From NCBI RefSeq assembly GCF_009914755.1, contig NC_060928.1: a stretch of 64,000 nt of DNA; one strand, written 5' to 3'. The translations under genes and the position numbers were made by a program. Source of the DNA: the human T2T-CHM13v2.0 reference genome, Homo sapiens. Shown here in pieces: positions 48,617-63,137 of this stretch (position 1 is the stretch's first letter; the number at the start of each line of letters is the position of its first letter). Under the pieces are notes generated by a model. That model did not search any database. It had not been told where the DNA came from and saw only the letters and a list, made by a program, of their open reading frames with translations.

Positions 48617-50194
48617 TTAAAATCAATATTTTCTTTATAGATTTTTAAAATTTTTATTTGCAAAATAAAGTTAGACATTTAAAAAGAGATTAAAATTATG
48701 AAAGGTTAGCAGGTGGTGTTGGCAACTTAAAAGAAAGAAAATTATCATTTTACAGGACTTTTTCACGTATCTGTAGGATTGTTGAATTGGTAATGATTCA
48801 TTTTTTTTCTGGGTGTATTTTCAGTGAATTGCTCTGTGTTTTCCAGGAGAATAAAACCGTAATCTAATTCTAATTTGTTGCTTTTTCATCAAAACCTCTC
48901 AGTAAACTTAAAATTATTGATGCTGAGAAGTGTGCAGTGAAAGTTATGTGCAAATTCCCTTGCTTCTGTTGTTTTGCGTCTCAAACATCACTCATCCGTC
49001 TCCAACAGGTGTTCTGCCAGCTGTGCCCAAACATTTCAAATGATTTAGAATGTTTCCACACTTACCTTGTATGGTGACTATTTACTATAAAAGGAATTAT
49101 CTGGTTACATAGCTCTTTGGCACAGGCAAAAGACCAGAAGACAGAAGAGTCTAATTTGAGGCTTACCTGCATATTGTAAAGTAGGTAGAAGTGGCAGGTC
49201 TCAGATTGTTTTGCATGTAGCACTGGTACTGATAAGTGGGATTTTCCTTTAACCATGTATTTTTGGATGTGTAGATTGTGGCAAGAAATAATTTAAATGG
49301 AGTCAGAATAATTTTATTTGCCCTGCTGCATGAGGATTCAATGAAAGACAGAATTCTCTCAAATTTTAATGCTATTTGGTCTATTAAAGTCGAGGAAAAT
49401 ACCTCTTATGCTTTACCTCCTTAATAAAGAAGTAAACAACATGTCTTTATATAATTTCTTTTGTATCTTTAAAATTATTTGGTTAGTGATCGTAAATGAC
49501 TGAGAACATGTGTGACTATATTACACTTTTGTCAAGATAATAAAACAAACTTTAGAACCTCTGGAAATTTTATTATTCATGCTACTTAGAAAAAACTATT
49601 CTTTACTTGTTATTAATCAGCCAAATAAACAAGTCTTAATAGGCAGCAAATTAAATAAGAGTTTCCCATGCTGATAAGGAGGGTTTGCCTTGAGTTATAA
49701 ATAATCATTGTTGAAATATATCATTTTCAAATTGTAGTTATATGTAACAGATACTATGTTAAAATGTCATCTTATAGCTGATACCAAATTTAACTATTGC
49801 TGTCACTTTATGACATGCCGTTATTGAACTGAATTCTGGCCTCAGAGTACAACTCCAAAAACCAGCAGGTGTTAAGAAATGTTGCCTTAGAGTTGTAGGC
49901 ATAGGATAGAATATATTCATGCAGATAAATATGATTTTCTTTGTAGCACTGTATATGTTTGCATTTTGTGGGCAGAATAAAACTGATTAGGATCTAGGGA
50001 ACTATCTAACACTTTCTCCGCATATACATGATACTGTATTGTAGAGTTGCTTATTCATGGCGGTGTTCTTAAGGCACTGCAGTATCTTCAGTCGTCAACC
50101 TTCCACAATTAAATTTTGACCCTTTCCCTTTAACTAGAAAATTATAACAATTAGTCCTCTTAATTCTGAGAATATCCCAGTATATGCAGAGTAG

Positions 50195-50720
50195 TATGGA
50201 GGTGAAAAGAGATGGCTCTGGAAATCAGTCGGCCTGGATACATCCACTCACTATTTTTTTTTTTTTTTGAGACAGAGTTCACTCTTGTTGCCCAGGCTGG
50301 AGTGCAATGGCACGATCTCGGCTCACCGCAACCTCCGCTCCCAGGTTCAAGCGCTTCTCCTGCCTCAGCCTCCTGAGTAGCTGGGATTACAGGCATGCGC
50401 CACCATGCCCAGCTAATTTTGTATTTTTAGTAGAGACAGGGTTTCTCCATATTGGTCAGGCTGGTCTCGAACTCCTGCCCGTCTCAGCCTCCCAAAGGGC
50501 TGGGATTACAGGCGTGAGCCACCGTGTCCGCCTCCACTCACTATTTATGTGACATTTGATAATCTACTCAGCATATCTGTTCCTCTGTGTCTTCAGGTCT
50601 AAATAAGGATAATAATAGTACCTACTACATAGGTTTGTTTGAAAGTTAAAGGAATTAGTATGTGTATCATGCTTAGGATAGTGCCCTGTACCAAGCAAGT
50701 AAGGCTTAGATATTATTTTG
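50195..50720 (+). mobile_element. MIR split by an Alu insertion
   Basis: GGCTCTGGAAATCAGTCGGCCTGG before the Alu; TAAATAAGGATAATAATAGTACCTACTACATAGG...GCTTAGGATAGTGCC after it. Confidence 0.75.
50254..50532 (-). mobile_element. AluS (Sp/Sq-like) with ~15-bp left-arm deletion
   Basis: GAGTTCACTCTTGTTGCCCAGGCTGGAGTGCAATGGC; TSD TCCACTCACTATTT at 50243-50256 and 50533-50546. Confidence 0.97.
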
Positions 50721-50769
50721 ATTCTTGGTTTTCCCATACCTAGTAAGTACAAGCTGAGAAATATTATTG

Positions 50770-50920
50770 TAGGAAAGTGGAACTTTATAGCATTGTTTCT
50801 CATGCTCTTCGTGTTAAAGAAATGGAAATGGAATGCTGTAAATAATTTGCTCAAGATTAAACAACTAGTTAATGGCAGATGGCTTTTTAATTGTCCTGAA
50901 TTCATTCTGTTTTTATCTCA
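50770..50920 (-). mobile_element. MIR fragment
   Basis: TAAATAATTTGCTCAAGATTAAACAACTAGTTAATGGCAGA. Confidence 0.65.
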
Positions 50921-51025
50921 AGAACATTCCAATAATTTTAATAGTTGTAAATTACATAGTTGATTTCAAAATTTCTCTTCTCTAATTTGGAATTTAAGGT
51001 AATTTAAATGTTGCATATGTATATA

Positions 51026-51358
51026 TAGGTTGTGAATCTCTTATCTGAAAATCCTAAATCCAAAATGCTCCAAAACCCTAACCCTTTTGAGTACCGACAT
51101 GATACCACAAAGTGGAAAATTTCACACATAAGTACTTACCACAAAACTTTCTTTCATGCACAAAATTATTTAAAATATTATATAAAATTACCTCAGGCAA
51201 TATGTATAAGGTATATATGAAACATAAATGAATTTCATGTTTAGACTTGGGTCCAACCCCAAGATTTCTCATATTTGCAAATTTTCCAAAATCCAAAAAA
51301 TTCCAAAACCTGAAACACTTCTGGTCTCAAGTGTTTGGGATAAGGGATATTCAACCTA
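51026..51358 (+). mobile_element. Tigger4b/MER46-like (TcMar-Tigger) MITE
   Basis: TIRs TAGGTTG..AATCTCTTATC / GATAAGGGATATTCAACCTA; TA flanks; internal CAAGTGGAAAATTTCACAC and TTAGACTTGGGTCC. Confidence 0.92.
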
Positions 51359-52545
51359 TAGTAGGAAATATTTAATATTTACATATTCTTAAGTCATTAA
51401 GAAATTCTCACTTGGAAATTGTTTATATGTTTTATTATTTAAAAAATACTAAAATTAGGAAACTGGACTCCTCTTCCATATCTGCTTCTGATCCGGGATG
51501 AAACTACTTAACATTACATGCCATAGTTAGTGGTAGCAGATTTTAAATACATAGCTGTAAGGTCTTAAAATCAATAATGCATTATTGATTTGCATTTCCC
51601 TGGAGAACATGATTCAATTCATGCTTACTGTGTAGACATGTATGTGATAACTAAAGAGAAATTAGACGACCATGTGCAGTTTTCCTTCAAGGGAATTATA
51701 TGTAATTTTTGCAAAGCTCTGTGGTTCATATAGGGTGTTAGACGGTGAAATGATTATGATGTTTATACTTTTTGGTTAGTTCTAGTGGTAAGTGAAGCTT
51801 ACTGAAAGCAGAACTATGGAGAGGACCTAATTACCTGCCTTTAGTGATTTTTTTTAAAAATGAACTTATTGCCTTATTGTAATGCTACCATAATGTTTAT
51901 GGTGCAACCTGTATACCTACATTGACTGGAGAGATTGAATGGCCTGACTGTATGGGACACATAATAGATTCCAGCTTTTTTCCGTGACATCATTATTATA
52001 ACAGACTTCTTTAAGAATATGAACAGCAGCTATGCACTTTTGTGAGCTTTACATTATAAACCATAACAGCCTGTTCAGCTCTATACAAGTGATGGGGCAG
52101 CTTGATTCTTAACAAATGAAGCCAAACTCAGCTGTGAAACTGTTAACAGATCTAGTAATGACATAGGCCCCATGTATGGAACATTTCATAACACAACAGG
52201 GGAAAACAGGGGCAACGGCCATTTAGCACATTGGCTAAGAAGGTTTTCTTTACCTCTTGCTCAGTATAACTTCACAGAATTAATATAGAATTGCAGTTTA
52301 TGTCAATAGATGTGGCATATCCAAAGTTGAATTGTGTTTTGAAACTTTGACTAGATTTCCCAGTTTATAAGTGTTCCCTTTACCATCCTTAAAGTAGAAA
52401 AACAAGAACTATTGGTCCTTGAAGGTAAAAAATAAAAATGCTTATTCTTTCCATAGAGTTAATAATCTAATATGATGATGGGAAAAACATCTCTTGGTTC
52501 AGTATCCATGGATTATTTAGGTGTCAGAGAAGAAATATATCTACT

Positions 52546-52841
52546 TCTTTTTTGTTGTTGTTGTTTAGACAGGGTCTTGCTCTGTTGTCCAGTCTAGAGT
52601 GCAGTGGTGTAATAGCTCACTGCAACCTCTAACCCTGGCTCAAGGGATCTTCCTTACTGTCTTCTTCCCCAGTAGCTGGGACTACAAGTACATGCCATCA
52701 TGCTCAGCTAATTTTTTGACTTTTTGCAGAGATGAGGTCTCACCGTGTTGCCCAGACTGGTCTCAAAATCCTAGGCTCAAGCAATCCTCCTGCCCTGGCC
52801 TTCCAAAGTTCTAGGATTACAAGAATGAGCCACCACACCTC
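52546..52841 (-). mobile_element. Alu, AluJ-type, with (GTT)n tail
   Basis: AGACAGGGTCTTGCTCTGTTG...GCTCAAGCAATCCTCC...TGAGCCACCACACC. Confidence 0.93.
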
Positions 52842-53878
52842 ACTGAGTTATATTTATGACATATAAGTTATATTTTTGTGTAATAATAAAGCAAAAATCA
52901 AGCATTTAGCAGAGAAATTGATGTAACTATTATGGATCTACCTGCATAGTTTTTTACATAATATATTGACCTCATCATACTTTTTTAAAAAATTAATACT
53001 GTGATGTGCAGAACAAACTATATACCTTCCATGTGTCTGTTTTATCTAGTAGAATAGCTAAGTGATAACTTTGAAATAATGTCTTTTCAGGGATATTTAA
53101 AATTTTGCAGAGTATTCTAAACAGATCAGAATTCCTGAGACGGGAAAATTTTTAGATGAATATCTTTTATAATTCTCTAATTATAAATCTAAACTCTTAG
53201 AATAACAATAATCTTGCAAATATTCATGTACTATTCTTGTCAAAAGTAGTGAGTACTGCCATGGAATGTTAGTGAGTATATTTGTGTTATCTCTTACGAA
53301 TCTTTTGGCAGTTAACTCTAGTTTTTCAGATCTTTGTAGTTTTTCGTTGAATGGAGATTAGTTGATTCTTGTTTGGTAACATTCAAGAATATAAAGTATT
53401 CGTTTTTCTTTCTTAATTTCTCATTAAATAAGGAAAATTATTTGTAGCTTTACAAAAATATCAAATCTTGTTTGTTAAGGAATAGTGGCTCTAAGCTTCT
53501 GTCAGTTTTACCAGTTTTTATATATCACTTAACTAGAAGTGAGGATTTTATGGGTGAAACATCTAATACATAGAGTAAAAAACTGCTTTGGGGAAGGTCT
53601 TATAATACAGCTTCTTACGGAAGGCACAGGATCAGATTTGAAATAAGCTACATACAATTGATTTTTCTGTGGCAAGAATTGAACCTTAATACCTGTTTGC
53701 CAAGAATAGCTGAAAATTATTATTTCACTTTTAGAGTTTTTGGCCTTAATCGCTAAATTAGTTCATCCAGTCAAGCAAAAAATAAACCAACATTAGGTAA
53801 ATATTCTATTCCCTTTCAGTTGCTGTATTTGGAGGTAAACCTTGTAGTTTATGCCATGATATTCAAAAGGGCAAATTT

Positions 53879-54286
<408 letters not shown>

Positions 54287-55064
54287 TTAGATTATTGCCA
54301 CTCAAAAATGAGAGAATTGATGTATGAATACTAACTCCAGAAGGAAATTCCAAGGACAACCATCCGTGAACTCTTTTAACAAGTGAAATTTTTAGTCAAG
54401 AAAATTTTAGGTGTAACTATTAGATTGGCTTAACACCCTTTACATGTGCTTATCTTGTGGAGAAGGTGATTTTAAGAAACTGGATAAAGCGAAAGACTGG
54501 ATAGTGTGAGTTTGTTTGGGAATATTGGCAAGGAATAGCCCATCTTAAAAAAATAGTCAGAATTCTTTCCAGATGCCCACGCCTTTGAGCTAATTGGTGA
54601 CTGTTGTTCATTTATGTTAATTTATGTTTGCTTTAGATAGTAAGATCCTTGAAAGCTGGAGTACTTCTTTGCTTGTATACCCGTGTGATTGGAGCGGAGC
54701 AGATGTTTAATACAAATGTGTTTGTTGATTGAAGTAAAGCGTTTGCTAGACAGACAGGATTTTGGAGTCATGTCACATACCTTTGTGTGACAGTCCCTGC
54801 TGGGCACGTAGTCAGTGATGGCGAGGTAAGATTTACTTACGTATTGTCTGGTCTGTCTTATCTCCTGTAGCGCCAGTCCTCCTTACAATTTTACTCCATT
54901 CCTGAAAGGAATGTCTCTCCTGAAAGGAGGCCTCCTCCCACCTGCACCACCTCTGGCTGTTCATGGCCTTACATTTACCTAGCAAGTTTCACTTTTTTCT
55001 TCCATTACTCATAGATTCAGACCATATTATGACTACTGCTGCTGGTACTGTGCTAAACTACTAC

Positions 55065-55250
55065 CACTAGCTACAATTCATTGACTGCTATTATGTGTTA
55101 AGTTCTTTATATATGCTAGCTCATTTAATTCTCAAGATCCTGTGATGTGCTTTACATGTGGGAACAAGTTACATTCCAGTGACACACATCAGACAGGGTG
55201 GAGACAAGATATTCACTCAGGATTTTCTGACTCCAAACCTCTGTCCTTAG
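55065..55250 (-). mobile_element. MIR
   Basis: TAGCTCATTTAATTCTCAAGATCCTGTGA...TTCTGACTCCAAA. Confidence 0.65.
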
Positions 55251-56300
55251 CTTCTTCCTGGTCATAGCTTAATTCACCATCATGACAGGTACTTGCCTTT
55301 CTCTAACTTTAGTTGTGTGCTTACAGTTCAAACTCTTCTAAAGAGCCTTTATCCATACCAGGTGGTAAATTCTACAGTAATGCACCAGAATCCCTTTGAG
55401 AAGCCCTAGATCAAACATGTTCAGAAGCATGAAGAGATACCTGAAATGAGGAATGTAGAAGAAAGGCCAGAGTAGTACCAGAGAGAGCAAGGAGGCATTC
55501 ATAGTTCTTTGAGTCTGTGACCAGAAATTCTCAGGTTTCCAAGCCAAATATATGAAAGTCAAGCACAAAACCAGTATTTTTGCGGGAAAACAAATGAGTA
55601 AGTAATGCTTTTGAGGTATCTAATCCACCTCATTTGTATAAAGGCTAAAAGCAAGGAAAAAGGAAAAACAAGGAACATAAAGGATGCGGCATTGTAGCTC
55701 CTGTTTTTGAGGAGGTCAGGTCCTTTTTTTAAAGAAGGACCTGCAGTTTCTCTTATTGAACTGTACAACCTTGGGCAACTTCGATAACTGTTTGGGCTGA
55801 AATTCCCTCATTTATAAATCAGAGCTTTTAATTCCAGAATCTGGGTGGACAACAGAATCGCCTGGGTTATTTCTCTTTTTCTTTCATTTTAAACTACAGA
55901 GATTTGCTAAATCACAATCTCTGCCTGGCTTTGCGTATAGATAGAGAGATGAGTCTGGGGACGAGAGGTTGTGAGGCATACCTTGCCAAGGAGTGTGGGT
56001 GTTGCTTTCTAGCTAGTAGGGAGGCAGTGAATGTTTTAAGCAGTTTATTAGTATTCTTTTGTCTGCAAATGAAAAGTCATTCATTCATTTTTTAAAATTA
56101 TACTTTAAGTTCTGGGATACATGTGCAGAACATGCAGGTTTGTTACATAGATATATGTGTGCCATGGTGATTTGCTGCACCCATCAACCCGCCATCTACA
56201 TTAGGTATTTCTTCTAATGCTATTGCTTCCCTTGCCCCCCACCCACTGAGAGGCCCTGGTGTGTGAGGTTCCCCTCCCTGTGCCCATATGTTCTCATTGT

Positions 56301-59300
56301 TCAATTCCCATTTATGAGTGAGAACACATGGTGTTTGGTTTTCTGTCCCTGTGTTAGTTTGCTGAGAGTGATGGTTTCTAGCTTCATCCATGTCCCTGCA
56401 AAGGACATGAACTCATTCTTTTTTATGGCTGCATAGTATTTCATGTGTATATGTGCCACATTTTCTTTATTCAATCTGTCATTGATGGGCATTTGGGTTG
56501 GTTCCAAGTCTTTGCTATTGTGAATAGTGCCACAATAAACATACGTGTGCATGTGTCTTTAAAGTAGAATGATGTATAATCCTTTGGGTATATACTCAGT
56601 AATGGGATTACTGGGTCAAATGGTATTTCTAGTTTTAGATCCTTGAGGAATTGCCACATTGTCTTCCATAATGGTTGAACTAATTTACACTCCTACTAAC
56701 AGTGTAAAAGCGTTCCTATTACTCCACGTCCTCTCCAGCATCTGTTGTTTCCTGACTTTTTAATGATCGCCATTCTAACTGGCGTGAGATGATATCTCAT
56801 TGTGGTTTTGATTTGCATTTCTCTAATGACCAGTGATGATGAGCTTTTTTTCATGTGTTTGTTGGCCACATAAATGTCTTCTTTTGCAAGTGTCTGTTCA
56901 TATCCTTCGCCCACTTTTTGATGGGGTTGTTTTTTTCTTGTAAATTTGTTTAAGTTCCTTGTAGATTCTGGATATTAGCCGTTTGTCAGATGGATAGATT
57001 GCAAAAATTTTCTCCCATTCTGTAGGTTGCCTGTTCACTCTGATGATAAGTTTCTTTTGCTGTGCAGAAGCTCTTTAGTTTAATTAGATCCCATTTGTCA
57101 ATGTTGGCTTTTTTTTTGCAATTATTTTTGGTGTTTTAGTCATGAAGTCTTCGCCCATGCCTATGTCCTGAATGGTATTGCCTAGGTTTTCTTCTGGGGT
57201 TTTTATGGTTTTAGGTCTTATGTTTAAATCTTTAATCCATCTTGAGTTAATTTTTGTTTAAGGTGTAAGGAAGGGGTCCAGTTTCAGTTTTCTGCAGATG
57301 GCTAGCCAGTTTTCCCAACACCATTTATTAAATAGGGAATCCTTTCCCCATTGCTTGTTTTTGTCAGGTTTGTCACAGATCAGATGGTTGTAGATGTGTG
57401 GTGTTGTTTCTGAGGCCTCTGTTTCTGTTCCTTTGGTCTATATATCTGTTTTGGCACCAGTACCATGCTGTTTTGATTACTACAGCCCTGTAGTATAGTT
57501 TGAAGTCAGGTAGCATGATTCCTCCAGTTTTGTTCTTTTTGCTCAGGGTTGTCTTGGCTATATGGCCTTTTTTTGGTTCCATATGAAATTTAAAGTAGTT
57601 TTCTCTAATTCTCTGAAGAAAGTCAATAGTAGCTTCATGGGAATAGAATTGAATCTATAAATTGGTATGGCCATTTTCACAATATTGATTCTTCCTGTCC
57701 ATGAGCATGGAATGTTTTTCCATTTGTTTGTGTCCTCTCTTATTTCCTTGAGCAGTGTTTTGTAGTTCTCCTTGAAGGGGTCCTTCCCATCCCTTGTAAG
57801 TTGTATTCCTAGGTATTTTATTCCCTTTGTAGCAATTGTGAATGGGAGTTTGCCCATGATTTGGCTCTCTATTATTGGTGTATAGGAATGCTTGTGATTA
57901 TTGCATATTAATTTTGTATCCTGAGACTTCACTGAAGTTGCTTATCAGCTTAAGGAGATTTGGGCTCAGATGATGGGGTTTTCTAAATATACAATCATGT
58001 CATCTGCAAACAGAGATAAATTGCCTTCCTCTCTTCCTATTTGAATACCCTTTATTTCTTTCTCTTGCCTGATTGCCCTGGCCAGAACTTCCAATACTAT
58101 GTTGAATAGGAATGGTGAGAGAGGGCATACTTGTCTTGTGCTGGTTTTCAAAAGGAATGCTTCCAGCTTTTGCCCATTCAGTATGATATTGGCCGTGAGG
58201 TTGTCACAAATAGCTCTTATTATTTTGAGATGCATTCCATCAGTATCTAGTGTATTGAGTGTTTTTAGCATGAAGCGCTGTTGAATTTAATCGAAGGCCT
58301 TTTCTGCATCTGTTGAGGTAATTACGTGCTTTTTGTCGTTGGTTCTGTTTATGTGATGGATTAAGTTTATTGATTTGCCTTGCATCCCAGGGATGAAGCC
58401 GACTTGATCGTGGTGGATAAGGTTTGTGATGTGCTGCTGGATTCGTTTTGCCAGTATCTTATTGAGGATTTTTGCATCAATATTCATCAGCGATATTGGC
58501 CTGAAATTTTCTTTTTTTGTTGTGTCTCTACCAGGTTTTGGTATCAGGAAGATGCTGACCTCATAAAATGAGTTAGGGAGGAGTCCTTCTTTTTCTTTGT
58601 TTGGAATAGTTTCAGAAGGAATGGTACCAGCTCTTCTTTTTACCTCTGGAAGAATTTGGCTGTGAATTCGTCTGGTCCTGGGCTTTTTTTGGTTGGTAGG
58701 GTATTAATTACTACCACAATTTCAGAACTTGTTATTGGTCTATTCAGGGATTCGACTTCTTCCTGGTTTAGTCTTGAGAGGGTGTGTGTGTCTAGGAATG
58801 TATCCATTTCTTCCTGATGTTCTAGTTTATTTGCATAGAGGTGTTTATATTATTCTCTGATGGTAGTTTGTATTTCTTTGGGATCAGAGATGATCTCCCC
58901 TTTATCATTTTTTAATTGTGTCTATTTGATTCTTCTCTCTTTTCTTCTTTATTAGTCTGGCTAGCAGTCTATCTATTTTGTTAATCTTTTCAAAACACCA
59001 GCTCCTGGATTCATTGATTTTTTTGAAGGGTTTTTCGTGTCTCTGTCTCCTTCAGTTCTGCTCTGATCTTAGTTATTTCTTGTCTTCTGCTAGCTTTTGA
59101 ATTTGTTTGCTCTTGCTTCTCTAATTCTTTTAATTGTGATGTTAGGGTTTTGATTTTAGATCTTTCCCAATTTCTCCTGTGGGCATTTAGTGCTATAAAT
59201 TTCCCTCTAAACACTTCTTTAGCTGTGTCCCAGGGATTCTGGTACATTGTGTCTTCGTTCTCATTGGTTTCAAAGAACTTATTTATTTCTGCCTTAATTT

Positions 59301-60093
59301 CGTTAGTTACCTAGTAGTCATTCAGGAGCAGGTTGTTCAGTTTCCATGTAGTTGTGCGGTTTTGAGTGAGTTTCTTAATTCTGAGTTCTAATTTGATCGC
59401 AATGTGGTCTGAGAGACTGTTTGTTATGGTATCTGTTCTTTTGCATTTGCTGAGGAGTGTTGTACTTCCAATTATGTGGTTGGTTTTAGAGTAAGTGCTA
59501 TGTGGTGCTGAGAAGGGTGTATATTCTGTTGATTTGGGGTGGAGAGTCTGTAGATGTCTGTTAGGTCTGCTTGGTCCAGAGCTGAGTTCAAGTCCTGAAT
59601 ATCCTTGTTAATTTTCTGTCTCACTGATCTATCAAATATTGACAGTGTGGTGTTAAACTCTGCCACTATTATAGTGTGGGAACCTAAGTCTCTTTGTAGG
59701 TCTCTAAAAACTTATGTTATGAATCTGGGTGCTCCTGTATTGGGTGCATATATATTTAAGATAGTTAGCGCTTCTTGTTGCATTGATCCCTTTACCATTA
59801 TGTAATGACCTTCTTTGTCTCTTTTGATCTTTGTTGGTTTAAAGTCTGTTTTATCAGAGACTAGGATTGCAACCCCTGCTTTTTTTTTGTTTTCCATTTG
59901 CTTGGTAGATCTTCCTCCATCCCTTTATTTTGAGCCTATGTGTGTCTCTGCACGTGAGATGGGTTTCCTGAATACAGCACACTGATGGGTCTTGACTCTT
60001 TATCCAATTTGCCAGTGTGTGCCTTTTAATTGGGGCATTTAGCCCATTTACATTTAAGGTTAATATTGTTATGTGTGATTTTGATCCTGTCAT
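56301..60093 (-). pseudogene. Disrupted L1 ORF2 (endonuclease / reverse transcriptase)
   Basis: Fragments MTGSKSHITILTLNVNGLN (EN N-terminus), [27 protein letters not shown] (RT motif), EMQIKTTMRYHLTPVRMAIIKK and C-terminal ...SLINGN; many frameshifts and stops. Confidence 0.97.
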
Positions 60094-60156
60094 TATGAGG
60101 CTAACTGGTTATTTTGCCCATTAGTTGATGCAGTTTCTTCATAGTGTCGATGGTCT

Positions 60157-60935
60157 TTACATTTTGTTTTGTTTTTACAGTGGCTGGTACTGGTTTTTCC
60201 TTTCCATATTTACTGCTTCCTTCAGGAGCTCTTGTAAGGCAGGCCTGGTAGTGACAAAATCCTTCAGCATTTGCTTGTGTATAAAGGATTTTATTTCTCC
60301 TTCACTTATAAAGCTTAGTTTGGCTGAATATGAAATTCTGGGTTGAAAATTCTTTAAGAATGTTGAATATTGGCCCCCACTCTCTTCTGGCTTGTAGGGT
60401 TTCTGCAGAGAGATCCGCTGTTAGCGTGATGCGCTTTCATTTGTGGGTAACCTGACCTTTCTATCTGGCTGCCTTTAACATTTTTTCCTTCATTTCAACT
60501 GTGATGAATCTGACGATTATGTGTCTTGGGGTTGCCGTTCTCGAGGAGTATCTCTGTGGTGTTCTCTGTATTTCCTAAATTTGAATGTTGGCCTGTCTTG
60601 CTAGGTTGGGGAAGTTCTCCTGGATAATATCCTGAAGTGTGTTTTCCAACTTGGTTCCATTCTCCACATCACTTTCAGGTATACCAGTGGAACATAGGTT
60701 TGGTCTTTTCACATAGTCTCATATTTCTTGGAGGTTGGAGGCTTTGTTCATTCCTTTTCATTTTTTTTCCCTAATCTTGTCTTCACACTTTATTTTATTA
60801 GTTGATCTTCAATCTCTGATATCTTTTCTTCCACTTGATCGATTTGGCTATTGATACTTGTGTATGCTTCACAAAGTTCTTGTGCTATGTTTTTCAGCTC
60901 CATCAGGTCTTTTATGTTCTTCTCTAAACTGGTTA
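60157..60935 (-). pseudogene. Disrupted, 5'-truncated L1 ORF1 remnant
   Basis: Upstream of the ~63-nt inter-ORF spacer; ORF1-like sequence (reverse complement of GGCTTGTAGGGTTTCTGCAGAGAGATCCGCTG); stop at ~60157-60159. Confidence 0.9.
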
Positions 60936-61364
60936 GAGAGCATGTTGTCAGATGGCAGATGAAGTGCGTGTTTTCATCCTATTCTCTCTCTGACCAAACC
61001 AGAGACTGGTTTATTCCTTGGAGCCCAGAACAGTTCTCGCTCATTACTATACCTTAGCTTTCCTGATTCTTTTCTCTCCGTCTAACATGTTCTCAACATT
61101 TATTTTCTACTCATATACTTCATGGCTGAGTGAAAAGAGTGAGACTGACTGCATTTCAGATCTTGACTATACAAACTCTGCAGCTTTGGCTAGATTATTA
61201 AACTTTCTACCTATGCAATGCATATCATTAAGGCTGCCACATATGGCTGCTCAGATTGTGCAATGCACATGCCAAAGACTCTGTTTACATAGATTTCAGT
61301 ATGTGGAATGCACAACCACCTTTGCAGAATTGTGATGAGAATTAGATGAGCCCATAAAGAGACT

Positions 61365-61640
61365 AGTTAAGCATAATGATAAAGAGTGGGACTTGAGAGC
61401 CTGCGGTCCTGGTTTTATAACTCAGTCTTTCTATTTATGAGCTGAGTGATCTTGGGCAAATAAGCTGTATGATCATATTTATATTTTCTGTGTCTCCCTT
61501 TTAGTTTTCTTTTTTAAATGATGGAGACCACAATATATATCTCAAAAGGGATATTCTGAAGATCAAAAGTGTTAATATTTATAAAGCACTTAGAATAGTT
61601 CCTGATGCATACTGAACACCCAATATATATTAGCTGTTTT
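61365..61640 (+). mobile_element. MIR
   Basis: GCTGAGTGATCTTGGGCAAAT...TAAAGCACTTAGAATAGTTCCTG. Confidence 0.7.
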
Positions 61641-62334
61641 GCTTATTGTATGAAAATTATTTAACATGATGCTAAATGCTCTTTTACTGGTAATTCTTAC
61701 TACTGTTATTATTATTATATAAGACTTACCCTTCACATTCACAGTCTGTCTCCATTAGGTCTTTCCTAACCCCCTTATACTTTTAATCTTTCCATCATTA
61801 GACTTCCAAACAGCAAGAATTGTAGTGGGTGTATGATTTAGCTTAGAACTTATGTTGCTTTATAGTATGCATATTTCTATCTCTGTAGTTAAACTGGAAG
61901 GCACCTGAAAAGTGGGAACGTGATCAGTACCGTTATGGTGTTTAGCATCTTCTACCTTGCCTATAACTAGTGTTAGCTGAAGATGATTCAATTTCTGTCA
62001 ACTGCTCTGAAGAGAGTTGCTTCCTTCAGGGCTTGAGGCTTGAGAACTGGAGAAGACAGCAGAAACTGTGTTTCATGATCTCCTTTTTTAAGGACTTTAT
62101 ATCCATGTGATTACTTAAGCTTAATATACACAGCAGTGAAAAATGAAAATTAATTAAAATCTAGGATGTGTAGTCAGACTAGCAGCAGTAGGAGTTTAGA
62201 AGAGAGTCATGTGTGTAAGAGCTGAGTTACAGAGAAGAGTCTTCCTGTGGGACATGCCTTAAATAGATTTGTATGTGTCTAGATAGAGGTGGACTGGACC
62301 TTCAGTCAGTGCTAATAATGTTAATACTAATAGT

Positions 62335-62815
<481 letters not shown>

Positions 62816-63019
62816 TAGATTTTATTTAGTTGTGTTTGTGATTACAAGTTATACTTTATTTTTTAAGTTCGCAATAAAATGAAAACCTTTACAAATTCTT
62901 GGTATCTTACGTTTTGAAATTATAGTTCATCAGTAGTTTTAAAACCAAACATGCCTTGTAATTTCTTTCTACGTATTTAAAGACTTATTTTTAGAAGAGA
63001 GTTTTAGGTTCACCTGTTT

Positions 63020-63137
63020 GTTTCTTTTTTTTAATTTTTAATTACCTTTTTGTAGAGATGAGGTCTTGCTGTGTTTCCCAGGCTGGTCTCAAATTCCTGG
63101 CTTCAAGTGATCCTCCCACCTCGGTCTCCCAAAGCAC
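63020..63137 (-). mobile_element. Truncated Alu left monomer (FLAM/AluJ-like)
   Basis: TGTAGAGATGAGGTCTTGCTGTGTTTCCCAGGCTGGTCTC...CTCCCAAAGC; flanked by TGTTTCTTTTT on both sides. Confidence 0.88.

Larger units (their letters stand above)
56089..60935 (-). mobile_element. L1PA7-like LINE-1, ~4.85 kb, 5'-truncated within ORF1
   Basis: 3' UTR TTATACTTTAAGTTCTGGGATACATGTGCAG; ORF2 and ORF1 homology throughout; L1 similarity ends at TCTCTAAACTGGTTA. Confidence 0.98.

Noticed and set aside
54900-54928. TCCTGAAAGGA repeated twice
   Set aside because: An 11-bp local duplication; too short to interpret
56301-60093. Reverse transcriptase / endonuclease as an active or novel RT system
   Set aside because: Ordinary L1 ORF2 with many frameshifts and stops, and no 5' UTR promoter
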